Assembly: GCA_003153435.1 (NCBI GenBank)
Contig: PLYR01000066.1
Coordinates: 16,168-68,312, forward strand
Source of the DNA: Bacteroidota bacterium
GTDB taxonomy: Bacteria; Bacteroidota; Bacteroidia; Palsa-965
Direction of reading: 5' to 3'
DNA length: 52,145 nucleotides
In this document: positions 31,048 through 39,835 of the stretch, in pieces
Position numbering within the stretch: position 1 is the stretch's first letter
Layout of the letters: each line of letters begins with the position of its first letter
Translations under genes and position numbers: made by a program
The notes under the pieces: generated by a model
Database searches by the model: none
Seen by the model: the letters and a program-made list of their open reading frames with translations, nothing else
Told to the model about the DNA's origin: nothing

Positions 31048-31869
31048 GTGGAAAGTAAACCGAATTATTTCCTGATACCCACCGATTTCACGGAGCAAAC
31101 CTATATTGCTCTCGAACAATCGTATAATCTTGCCCGTTTTCATAATGCTCGTCTGCTGCTTCTTTTTGTTTCAGACGAGGAGGATAAAAATGCACGTAAG
31201 AAGCTGGAAGACATGGCGGTTAAGGCACGGAAAGAGTCAGGCCTAGTGGTTGAAACTATGGTTAAGAGAGGTAATATTTATACTGAGATAGAAAAACTTG
31301 CGGATTCCATTGAACCTAAAATGATTGTAATGGGTCTTGAATCCAAAATCGGATTTGATAAACTTATAGGGCCGAACGCTTTTCGACTAATTCGGGAATC
31401 CCGTTTTCCTGTGCTCACAATTCGCGGAAAAGTGCACAAAAAGGGTTGCGAAAACATCCTCCTTCCGCTGGATTTGACTAAAGAAACTCGCGAGAAAGTA
31501 TCTAAGGCTCTGGAACTTGCGAAAGATTATGGGGCTAATATCCGTATCGTTTCCGTACTCTCTTCTACCAAGGAAAGAGATGAAAATAAATTAATGGCTT
31601 ATTCTACTCAGGTACGAGATTATATTAAAAAATCAGGGGTTAAAACCTCTATCCGTACACTTCGCGGAAAAGATGTTCCAAAAATGGTTCTTAATTATGG
31701 GTATAGCATCGATGCGGACCTTATTCTGATCATGAGTAAGGCAGAATTAAACCTGCGGGAATTTTTCATCGGCACAGTTGCACAGAGACTTATTAATGAG
31801 TCAAATATTCCTGTTCTTAGCATAAGACCAACTCCCAAAGCTGTTACAGGATCAACACTTGGTTCCTAG
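31048..31869 (+). CDS. Tandem-domain universal stress protein
   Basis: LIPTDF, MIVMG, PVLTI, ILLPLD, FIGTVAQRLINESNIPVLSI. Confidence 0.92.
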   Translation: MESKPNYFLIPTDFTEQTYIALEQSYNLARFHNARLLLLFVSDEEDKNARKKLEDMAVKARKESGLVVETMVKRGNIYTEIEKLADSIEPKMIVMGLESKIGFDKLIGPNAFRLIRESRFPVLTIRGKVHKKGCENILLPLDLTKETREKVSKALELAKDYGANIRIVSVLSSTKERDENKLMAYSTQVRDYIKKSGVKTSIRTLRGKDVPKMVLNYGYSIDADLILIMSKAELNLREFFIGTVAQRLINESNIPVLSIRPTPKAVTGSTLGS

Positions 31870-31895
31870 CGCAAAAGCTGGTATAGCTGTTCAGG

Positions 31896-31931
31896 AAGGG
31901 TGTTGAAAATTACTCACAACATCCTTTTTTT
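31896..31931 (+). terminator. Intrinsic terminator after usp
   Basis: AAGGGTGTTG...CAACATCCTT followed by a T run. Confidence 0.7.
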
Positions 31932-32011
31932 ATTTTACCCCTCCTACTTAACTTTAAGTGATGTTAAGGGCTGTAGATACAGCACTCAATGCATTCATCT
32001 TACAATTTCCT

Positions 32012-35000
32012 ATGCCAACATTTTCCCACCTTCATGTTCATACGCAATTCTCACTGCTTGATGGAGCGGCTGATATTTCTTCTCTCTACAAAAAAGCCGT
32101 TGATGACGGAATGCGGGGCTTAGCCATTACTGACCATGGAAATATGTTCGGAGTCTTCAAATTTGTTGCTGAAGCAGGGAAACATAATACACCGGATAAC
32201 CCGAATAAAATAAAGCCGATAGTTGGATGTGAGTTTTATGTAGTAGAAAATAGACATAAGCACCAGTTTACAAAAGAAGATAAAGATGTAAGACGGCACC
32301 AGCTCCTCCTCTCCAAAAATGCGGAAGGATACCGAAATCTTGTGAAATTGTGCTCCCTGGGATATATGGAAGGGCTCTATGGGAAATATCCCAGGATTGA
32401 TAAAGAATTGATTCTTCAATATCATAAAGGACTAATTGCGACTACTTGTTGTCTCGGAGCATCGGTGCCTCAGACTATTCTACGAAAGGGCGAGACGGAA
32501 GGAGAAAAGGAATTCAAATGGTGGCTCGATGTTTTTGGAGAGGATTATTATGTGGAACTACAGCGTCACAGTATCCCTGAACAGAATACAGTGAACGAAG
32601 TACTGCTTCGCTTTGCTATGAAACACAATGTAAAAATTATAGCTTCCAATGATTCACATTATGTAGATCAAGCTGATTCTAATGCACATGATATTCTGCT
32701 TTGTATCAATACTGGCGAAAAGCAAAGTACCCCCAGTATGAAAGAATTTAGTGATGAAGAAGGGTTTTCAAAAGGAAAACGTTTTGCGTTTTACAATGAT
32801 CAGTTCTATTTCAAAACAACCGCTGAAATGTCAGAACTCTTCAGCGACATACCCGGGGCCATAGATAATACTAATGAAATTGTTGACAAGATAACTCCCC
32901 TCAAGCTCAAGCAGGATATACTGCTCCCTCATTTTAAAATACCAAATGGGTTCACTTCGCAGGATGAATACCTCAAGGATATGACCTATAAAGGTGCAAT
33001 TGCAAGATATAAGGAACTTACCCCGGAAATAGAAGAACGGATCAGGTTTGAACTTTTTACCATAAGCACTATGGGTTTTGCCGGATACTTTCTTATTGTT
33101 GCCGACTTTATCCGTGCCGGTCGCGATATTGGTGTGTTGATTGGACCTGGCCGGGGATCTGCAGCAGGATCAGCAGTAGCATACTGCATCGGAATTACCA
33201 ATATTGATCCAATAAAATATAACCTGCTTTTCGAACGATTCCTGAATCCCGACCGAAAGAGTATGCCCGATATAGATACTGATTTTGATGATGAAGGCAG
33301 GCAGAAAGTGATTGATTATGTGGTTGAAAAGTACGGCCGAAACCAGGTAGCTCAAATCGTGACTTACGGTACGATGGCTGCTAAAATGAGCATTAAGGAT
33401 GTCGCACGTGTACTCGACTTGCCTTTGCAGGATTCCAATGCCTTGGCCAAACTCGTTCCGGAACGACCAGGCATTGAACTGAAACGTTTGATTAACGCTC
33501 CAATCTCTGGAGAAAAAAGTCTGGAAGAGAAGGAAGGCTTGAGTAAGGAAGAACTCGATGATGTAAAAAAACTCCGTGAAATCCATAAAGGAAAGGATAT
33601 CCAGGCGGATGTCCTTCGCGAAGCCTTGATCCTTGAAGGCTCTGTAAGAGGTACAGGAATCCATGCAGCTGGGATCATTATTGCCCCTAAGGACCTTACA
33701 GAAATTATCCCGATCTCTACATCTAAAGACAGTGCGCTGCTTATTACCCAGTATGATGGAAAAGTAATTGAGGAAGCGGGTGTAATCAAGATGGATTTTC
33801 TGGGCCTGAAAACGTTGACCATTATTCGTGATGCGCTTAGATTGATTAAACAGAACCATGGAATTGATATCAATATTGATACTATCCCGCTGGATGATAA
33901 AAAAACTTTAGAACTTTATCAACGAGGTGAGACCAATGGGACATTTCAGTTCGAGTCTCCTGGAATGCAAAAGCATCTCATTGCCCTGCATCCCGATAAA
34001 TTTGAGGACCTCATTGCGATGAACGCATTATACCGTCCAGGGCCAATTGAATATATTCCAAACTTTATTGCGCGTAAAAACGGGAAAGAAACTATTACTT
34101 ATGATCTTCCCGAAATGAAAGAATATCTGGAGGATACTTATGGTATTACTGTTTATCAGGAACAAGTCATGCTGCTCTCGCAAAAACTCGCTGGTTTTAC
34201 AAAGGGTGACGCCGATGTTCTCCGGAAAGCGATGGGTAAAAAAGACAAGGCCACCCTTGATAAAATGAAGTATAAATTTGTGGAAGGCATACGTAAAAAT
34301 GGGATGGATGAAAAGATTGCCGAAAAAATCTGGGTCGACTGGGAAGCTTTTGCGCAATACGCCTTCAATAAGTCACATTCTACTTGTTATGCCTTTGTTG
34401 CATTTCAAACGGCCTTTCTTAAAGCTCATTATCCTGCGGAGTACATGGCATCTGTACTTACCCATAATCTTAGTAATATTGATAAAATTACATTCTTCAT
34501 GGAAGAAGCCAAACGTATGGGGATTCCCGTCCTTGGCCCTGATGTGAATGAAAGTGAATACCAGTTTGCCGTTAATAAAAAAGGTCAGATTCGTTTCGGC
34601 TTAGGCGCGGTTAAGGGAGTGGGGGAGGCTGCTGTTATCTCATTAGTCGAAGAGAGAATCAACAAAGGACCTTATGTCAGTGTTTTTGATCTCGTACGGA
34701 GGATAAACCTGCGTGCAGCCAATAAAAAAACCTTTGAAAGTCTTGCATATGCAGGGGGATTCGATTCTTTTGACACGATACATCGGGCTACATATTTTAT
34801 CCCGGACGCAGATGGAAATACTTTCCTTGAAAAAATGATCAGGTATGGTAACACGCATCAGGAAAACCTAAATTCTAGCCAGCATTCACTTTTTGGTGAA
34901 GAGGCCGGAGAAGGTGCCGAGATGCCGGAACCTAAATTCCCTGTGGTGGAACCATGGGACAGTCTAATTAAACTTAAATTCGAAAAGGATGTCATCGGGT

Positions 35001-35620
35001 TTTATATTTCTGGTCATCCACTGGATAACTATAAAATAGAATTGGAAAATTTTTGCCACAATAAAGTCTCCGACCTTAAAGATCTGGCAAAATTTAAAAA
35101 TCGAGATATCACTATCGGGGCAATGATCACCTCTGTTACGCATCGCACCACTAAAACTGGAAAGCCTTTTATGATCTTCACGATTGAAGATTATACAGAT
35201 TCTTTCGAAGTGGCATTGTTCGGAGACAGTTATCAGTTATTCCGCACATCAATTCTGGCTGGAGATCTGGTGTTTTTGAAAGGTAAAATAGGAGAACGTT
35301 TCGGCCAGGCTGACAATCTTGAATTGAAGGTGGCATCCATACAACTGCTCTCGACACTAAGGGATAAACTTGCCAAAAGCCTCACACTTCAGCTAAACCT
35401 TCCGGATGTATCCGAAGAATTCATTCAGAAATTAAATGTACTGATTGAAAGCAATTCCAAACAAGACCATCCCAAGAATTGTAGTTTGAAATTTCTTGTA
35501 AGGGACACAGAGGAGGGCATTCTGGTTGACTTGCTATCCCGAAAGGTGAAAATTAATCCAAGCAACGAGTTTCTGGCTTCATTAGAAGTGCTTGGAACCG
35601 TAAAGTATAAGTTGAACTAA
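32012..35620 (+). CDS. dnaE: DNA polymerase III alpha subunit
   Basis: HLHVHTQFSLLDG PHP domain, GRGSAAGS, MPDIDTDF, KMDFLGL, FNKSHS; likely start ATG 32012. Confidence 0.98.
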   Translation: MPTFSHLHVHTQFSLLDGAADISSLYKKAVDDGMRGLAITDHGNMFGVFKFVAEAGKHNTPDNPNKIKPIVGCEFYVVENRHKHQFTKEDKDVRRHQLLLSKNAEGYRNLVKLCSLGYMEGLYGKYPRIDKELILQYHKGLIATTCCLGASVPQTILRKGETEGEKEFKWWLDVFGEDYYVELQRHSIPEQNTVNEVLLRFAMKHNVKIIASNDSHYVDQADSNAHDILLCINTGEKQSTPSMKEFSDEEGFSKGKRFAFYNDQFYFKTTAEMSELFSDIPGAIDNTNEIVDKITPLKLKQDILLPHFKIPNGFTSQDEYLKDMTYKGAIARYKELTPEIEERIRFELFTISTMGFAGYFLIVADFIRAGRDIGVLIGPGRGSAAGSAVAYCIGITNIDPIKYNLLFERFLNPDRKSMPDIDTDFDDEGRQKVIDYVVEKYGRNQVAQIVTYGTMAAKMSIKDVARVLDLPLQDSNALAKLVPERPGIELKRLINAPISGEKSLEEKEGLSKEELDDVKKLREIHKGKDIQADVLREALILEGSVRGTGIHAAGIIIAPKDLTEIIPISTSKDSALLITQYDGKVIEEAGVIKMDFLGLKTLTIIRDALRLIKQNHGIDINIDTIPLDDKKTLELYQRGETNGTFQFESPGMQKHLIALHPDKFEDLIAMNALYRPGPIEYIPNFIARKNGKETITYDLPEMKEYLEDTYGITVYQEQVMLLSQKLAGFTKGDADVLRKAMGKKDKATLDKMKYKFVEGIRKNGMDEKIAEKIWVDWEAFAQYAFNKSHSTCYAFVAFQTAFLKAHYPAEYMASVLTHNLSNIDKITFFMEEAKRMGIPVLGPDVNESEYQFAVNKKGQIRFGLGAVKGVGEAAVISLVEERINKGPYVSVFDLVRRINLRAANKKTFESLAYAGGFDSFDTIHRATYFIPDADGNTFLEKMIRYGNTHQENLNSSQHSLFGEEAGEGAEMPEPKFPVVEPWDSLIKLKFEKDVIGFYISGHPLDNYKIELENFCHNKVSDLKDLAKFKNRDITIGAMITSVTHRTTKTGKPFMIFTIEDYTDSFEVALFGDSYQLFRTSILAGDLVFLKGKIGERFGQADNLELKVASIQLLSTLRDKLAKSLTLQLNLPDVSEEFIQKLNVLIESNSKQDHPKNCSLKFLVRDTEEGILVDLLSRKVKINPSNEFLASLEVLGTVKYKLN

Positions 35621-35623
35621 TAA

Positions 35624-36790
35624 TCAGTCAACTTTAGCAACTAAAGGAGTTTTGTTTAAAACAAGTTCTTCCTTGCGATAAATTACTTTTCGTTCCTTCA
35701 GATAACTGATGAAGTAGTTGAAGCAGGCTTCATGCTTTCCAACCAGCTCTGGTGGAAAAACCCCCTTTTCGGTAAACAATCCATCAAGGAACATATTGAC
35801 AGCTGCTGTAGCTGTATAGCCTGTGGTACGTGCCATGGAAGAGGTTTGAGTGGTTGCATCATACTCATCATGAAGATAATAGGTTATTTTTTTTTCAACT
35901 CCTTTTTCAGTTCCCTGTACACTCACTCTCATAACAGTAATCTCCTCCTCCTCATCACCCAGCTTCCATTCACTAAAAAGAATTTTGGATGTAAAGTCTA
36001 ATGGGGTAATGTCCACACCATTTATTTTAATTGGAACCTTACTCAGAAATCCAGATTCCCGAAGGGCCAATACTTTCTCAATATGACCAGGATATCTCAA
36101 GGTCTTTTCTTTCATATTAGGAATGTTGGGCATTGTAAAAATGATGGAACGCAACCCATCAGAGTTGAAGGACTCAAGAGTTCCAACACCTTTCATTTCA
36201 ATATGCTCAATATCACTCATAGCTGATTTGGTTATCACCTGACCATTTTCAACATATCGTGCAGGACGGGTATATTCTTCAATTACATCCACTGGTGAAA
36301 AGGGTGCCTTGTAGTTGAAAGGCCATTTTTTGACCTTTGGCAGTCCACCAACAAGACATTCGAAATCAGTTAATTGCATCTTTGCATTGTAATATCCCAA
36401 AATGAGATTATCCATGCCTGGAGCAACTCCACAGTCTGTAATTGCAGTTACTCCTTCCTGCTTCGCAAGAGCATCTAGTTCGAAAACATTTTCGGGAAAG
36501 AAAGAAATGTCAACTACATTTTTACCTGCTTCGATAATGGATTTAAGTGTTTGAAACCCCATAAATCCTGGTACTGCGCAGACAATAATATCGAATGGCT
36601 GAATAGTAGTTTTTAATAATGCAGTGTTCTTGGCATCCAAAACAATTGTGGAAATGGCATTGTTCCGGTTCTTGCTTTTCAGTAAGGCTTGTTCACTAAG
36701 ATCTGCAAGGGTAACTTTATGTTTTTTTGCGAGGTCTAGCGCCATAGCACTACCAACCATTCCTGCACCCAATACGATTATATTGCTCAT
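35624..36790 (-). CDS. Saccharopine dehydrogenase family / L-lysine 6-dehydrogenase-like oxidoreductase
   Basis: GAGMVG, DCGVAPG, VGGLP, EEYTRPA, EKTLRYPGH, MARTTG. Confidence 0.88.
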   Translation of the reverse strand: MSNIIVLGAGMVGSAMALDLAKKHKVTLADLSEQALLKSKNRNNAISTIVLDAKNTALLKTTIQPFDIIVCAVPGFMGFQTLKSIIEAGKNVVDISFFPENVFELDALAKQEGVTAITDCGVAPGMDNLILGYYNAKMQLTDFECLVGGLPKVKKWPFNYKAPFSPVDVIEEYTRPARYVENGQVITKSAMSDIEHIEMKGVGTLESFNSDGLRSIIFTMPNIPNMKEKTLRYPGHIEKVLALRESGFLSKVPIKINGVDITPLDFTSKILFSEWKLGDEEEEITVMRVSVQGTEKGVEKKITYYLHDEYDATTQTSSMARTTGYTATAAVNMFLDGLFTEKGVFPPELVGKHEACFNYFISYLKERKVIYRKEELVLNKTPLVAKVD

Positions 36791-37027
36791 TGACTAAAAT
36801 TTTGACGATTAAGAAAAGTTAAAAGTAAGCCAATTAAGTGGAATTGGCAAAAGCCATTTTTTCGGCCGGCCAAATCATTTCATATTTAGTACAAAAATCA
36901 ATAAACTAGGATATTCGGTCTGGCAGATTCAAGCATTTGTTGAAGCATCACCTAATTGGGAGGGAGTTTTAAGAAAATATAAAGAAGGTTAGAAAAGAAA
37001 GTCATTGCTTAGTAAAAAGACCATTTT

Positions 37028-37435
37028 TTAGACTGCAGATTCTTCGATTGGAGCTGAATAGTAGGCTTTAAGTGGAAGCTTATAACCTATATTGGAGAGA
37101 ATTATATTTGCAGGGGAATCTGACTTTCCAGTAAGGAGACTCAGGAGATGAGCGCGGTCTTCTGCAGGTTCAACTTTTGCAATTTTTAATAACAACCGAT
37201 TTTCAGCCTCCCTCTTCCAATGATGGAACCGATTGGTATTCATTACAGTATCATACATGTTTGGAGAATCATACAAGTCAATCAGTTTGTAGGAGGTTGT
37301 ATCGAAGCCAATTTTGTTGGGCGTAAATTGTGCATCGATAAGCATTAGTATTCCACCGCTTTCTGGAACGTTTAATGGAGCTTTTTTTTCAGTGATGTCC
37401 CATAAACCTTCCCAAAACAATTTTACTTCTCTCAT
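37028..37435 (-). CDS. Hypothetical protein, degenerate GIY-YIG-like
   Basis: 135-aa ORF with its own -7 box; VPESGGILML...KLIDLYDS.N...W..R spacing resembles small GIY-YIG proteins. Confidence 0.55.
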   Translation of the reverse strand: MREVKLFWEGLWDITEKKAPLNVPESGGILMLIDAQFTPNKIGFDTTSYKLIDLYDSPNMYDTVMNTNRFHHWKREAENRLLLKIAKVEPAEDRAHLLSLLTGKSDSPANIILSNIGYKLPLKAYYSAPIEESAV

Positions 37436-37482
37436 GATGGTTAATATTTTAATGTGTTTGTGCTAAAAAGTAATTATACCAA

Positions 37483-37544
37483 CAAAATTAGCGCTGATAC
37501 CCTATCAGAGAAATGACAAATAGGAATTTTTTAGACCCTCATCT
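37483..37544 (-). promoter_or_regulatory. Promoter with shared upstream box, copy 1
   Basis: Minus strand AGATGAGGGTCTAA (37544-37531), N12, TGTC, then TAATTTTG ending at 37483. Confidence 0.7.
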
Positions 37545-37569
37545 TAAAGAGATAAAATCTTTGACTCAG

Positions 37570-37603
37570 AAAATAAGCCGAAAACTCTTTAGAGTTTCCG
37601 GCT
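37570..37603 (-). terminator. Intrinsic terminator of the small secreted protein gene
   Basis: Minus strand AGCCGGAAACTCT-AA-AGAGTTTTCGGCT-TATTTT; the single mismatch becomes a G-U pair only on this strand. Confidence 0.8.
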
Positions 37604-37636
37604 AAGTATTAAATATGAGAATCTAGGTTGCTTAGA

Positions 37637-37924
37637 TTAATTAGGAAGATTTTGTACGGCAACAATACTAAGTCCATGAAGAATAAGAATTTGACCACCT
37701 GCAACAACAGCATCATAGTTTCCGCTTCCATCAGCATTCAGAGAGACTGAGAGCACTGTATAACCGAGCTGATTAAGGTAGTTAGTGATTTGTTGAGTGG
37801 ACAAAAAAGCTTTTTGAGCCGTTGGATTTTCAGTTTCATTAGCCTGGCTAAATGCCGTTTTGTCGAATGATAGCAAAGCTATTGCGAGAGTTACGGTTAA
37901 AAATAAATTGGTTTTCGTTTTCAT
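37637..37924 (-). CDS. Small secreted protein, PepSY-like
   Basis: Sec signal (..TAFS-Q); LSTQQITNYLNQLGYTVLSVSL..GNYDAVV; has its own promoter and terminator. Confidence 0.7.
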   Translation of the reverse strand: MKTKTNLFLTVTLAIALLSFDKTAFSQANETENPTAQKAFLSTQQITNYLNQLGYTVLSVSLNADGSGNYDAVVAGGQILILHGLSIVAVQNLPN

Positions 37925-38055
37925 AATCTTAAGTTGTTAGTGGTTAAAAGAAATGAATGATGGTTTGCTGGTTCTGAAACATAAAAAGTGCATAGTACTT
38001 AAAGAGAAGCATTGAAAGTGTCTCCCGCAGTTTCAATGGTTTTCCTCAACTGATA

Positions 38056-38117
38056 CAAAGTACGGGTTGAAATAGTGATATATCAGAGACAAAACAAGAT
38101 AACTTTGACACTCATTT
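38056..38117 (-). promoter_or_regulatory. Promoter with shared upstream box, copy 2
   Basis: Minus strand AAATGAGTGTCAAA (38117-38104), N12, TGTC, then GTACTTTG (a variant -7 box) ending at 38056. Confidence 0.7.
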
Positions 38118-38175
38118 GTTTTATTAAATTGCTGTTAACCTAAACAATTGTTAATATTAGAGCGAAATATTAATA

Positions 38176-38206
38176 TAAATTTGGAACTATATCTTGACCC
38201 TCATAA
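38176..38206 (+). promoter_or_regulatory. -7 box of the 501-aa gene followed by a fourth copy of the shared box
   Basis: TAAATTTG at 38176-38183; CTTGACCCTCATAA at 38193-38206 (reverse complement TTATGAGGGTCAAG). Confidence 0.65.
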
Positions 38207-38215
38207 CTGTTTCTG

Positions 38216-39721
38216 ATGAACAAAGTCCACGACTTATTACGTAGATTATCAAGCCCTCAGTTAAAAATGTTTCGGGACTATCTACATTATTTTTCAGTAA
38301 GAAAGGATCCAGACACACAGTTGATGAAGTTGGCTGATTTGCTTTTGCAGAGCCAGGAGGAGATTCCCAGCCTGGAGGATTGTTCCCGCGTTATATATGG
38401 GTCAATGAACTATAATGGAATCCAGAAATTGAAATCTCGACTTCAGAAGAAGGTAGAAAATTTAATACTTATGGATACTGGAACGGAAAAGCGGGATACG
38501 GGGTTGGATGAGCTTGATAAATATATTATTATCATTCGAAGGAAAGTAGCCTTATTCCATATTCTTTTACTTTCAGGGACAGATAACAGTTCATTCCTGA
38601 CTTCTGAAATGGAGGATATTATAAGACTCTCCAAGAAGTACGAACTCTACTCTATTTTGGTGGAGCAGCTGAAATATAAAAAATGGATGCTTGGCCTGAG
38701 AGAAGGGGAAAAGGTTCTAATTGAAATTGGTAAACAAATCGCATTCTACCAACGCTGTGACGAGGCCCTGGCTAAAGCCGTGGATTGCTATTATTTGGCA
38801 GTGATCAGAAATGTTCACCATTCTAAATCAAATCAACTGAGCATGCAAAAATTTCTAAAAAGAAATATTACATTTCTTCAAAGGGAAATTAGCTTGACAG
38901 GCTCCGCAATGATTCAATATTATACAAAGCAACTTGAGGCGATGTATTATGATAGCCTCAACAAAGTTGAGCGGGCTCAGGAAGCCGCAATCGAAATGCT
39001 TAAGATTATCCAGTGCAATAAGTCTGTTTACAGAAAGCGAAGATTGGCAATAGCTTATATCTATCTTTCGAACTGCGATATCCGGATAGGTCTCTATGAC
39101 CAGGCTATCGCGTATGCCATTTCCGCCAAAAAGCTTTGTGCCAAAAATTCCGTTAATTATTTCGCTTCCATTGATTATGAATTCTTAGCGAGATTTTATG
39201 ATCTTGATTGGACCCATTGTCAAAGGCTAAGCCAGGAATTACTCAGGAGTGTAAAGAAGGAGATTGGTGATTTTTCATTTGCAAAATATCTTTTTTATCA
39301 AGCCAGTGTTTTCTATGTGAATAAGAAGTATAAAGAAGCACTTCGCTTACTTAATTATAAGTTGCAGTTGTCAAAAGACAAACAAGGCTGGGATGTAAGT
39401 ATTCGGATACTTAAAATTCAGACCCTCGTGGATATGGGTTTGCTTGATGAGGCTTCGACACAAGTGTTGGGCCTTCTTAAACACGTCGAGCGTTCATTTC
39501 CTGAGAGAGAGATGAAGCTTAGAGGGAAACTGATCTTAAAAACCTTAAGATTACTTGAGCATGAAGGTTTTTCAGGACACAGGGTCAAAACTAAACTGGA
39601 AAAATCATTGGAATTACTCAGAGGGAATGAAAATTATAAGTGGGAACCACTCTCTTCCGAACTTTACCCTTTTGAGAATTGGCTAATCGCCAGATTTAGG
39701 TTTCTCAAACTCAATAAATAA
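38216..39721 (+). CDS. All-helical TPR-like protein with putative N-terminal winged HTH (candidate transcription regulator)
   Basis: No signal peptide; SLEDCSRVIYG...KLKSRLQKKV; TPR-like AYIYLSNCDIRIGLYDQAIAY and KKYKEALRLL. Confidence 0.6.
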   Translation: MNKVHDLLRRLSSPQLKMFRDYLHYFSVRKDPDTQLMKLADLLLQSQEEIPSLEDCSRVIYGSMNYNGIQKLKSRLQKKVENLILMDTGTEKRDTGLDELDKYIIIIRRKVALFHILLLSGTDNSSFLTSEMEDIIRLSKKYELYSILVEQLKYKKWMLGLREGEKVLIEIGKQIAFYQRCDEALAKAVDCYYLAVIRNVHHSKSNQLSMQKFLKRNITFLQREISLTGSAMIQYYTKQLEAMYYDSLNKVERAQEAAIEMLKIIQCNKSVYRKRRLAIAYIYLSNCDIRIGLYDQAIAYAISAKKLCAKNSVNYFASIDYEFLARFYDLDWTHCQRLSQELLRSVKKEIGDFSFAKYLFYQASVFYVNKKYKEALRLLNYKLQLSKDKQGWDVSIRILKIQTLVDMGLLDEASTQVLGLLKHVERSFPEREMKLRGKLILKTLRLLEHEGFSGHRVKTKLEKSLELLRGNENYKWEPLSSELYPFENWLIARFRFLKLNK

Positions 39722-39835
39722 TCCATTCTCTTTTTCAAAGCATTGAATTTTCTTTTTTCATTTCAACTATTAATAATGTTTAATCATGGTGCTTGTTAGG
39801 CTTTCTCCATTGTGGGTTTGCTCTGTTTTTGATGA

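Noticed and set aside
37622-37635. CTAAGCAACCTA on the minus strand resembling the 39.9-kb repeat unit
   Set aside because: Short, needs an indel to align, and plausible by chance in AT-rich DNA.
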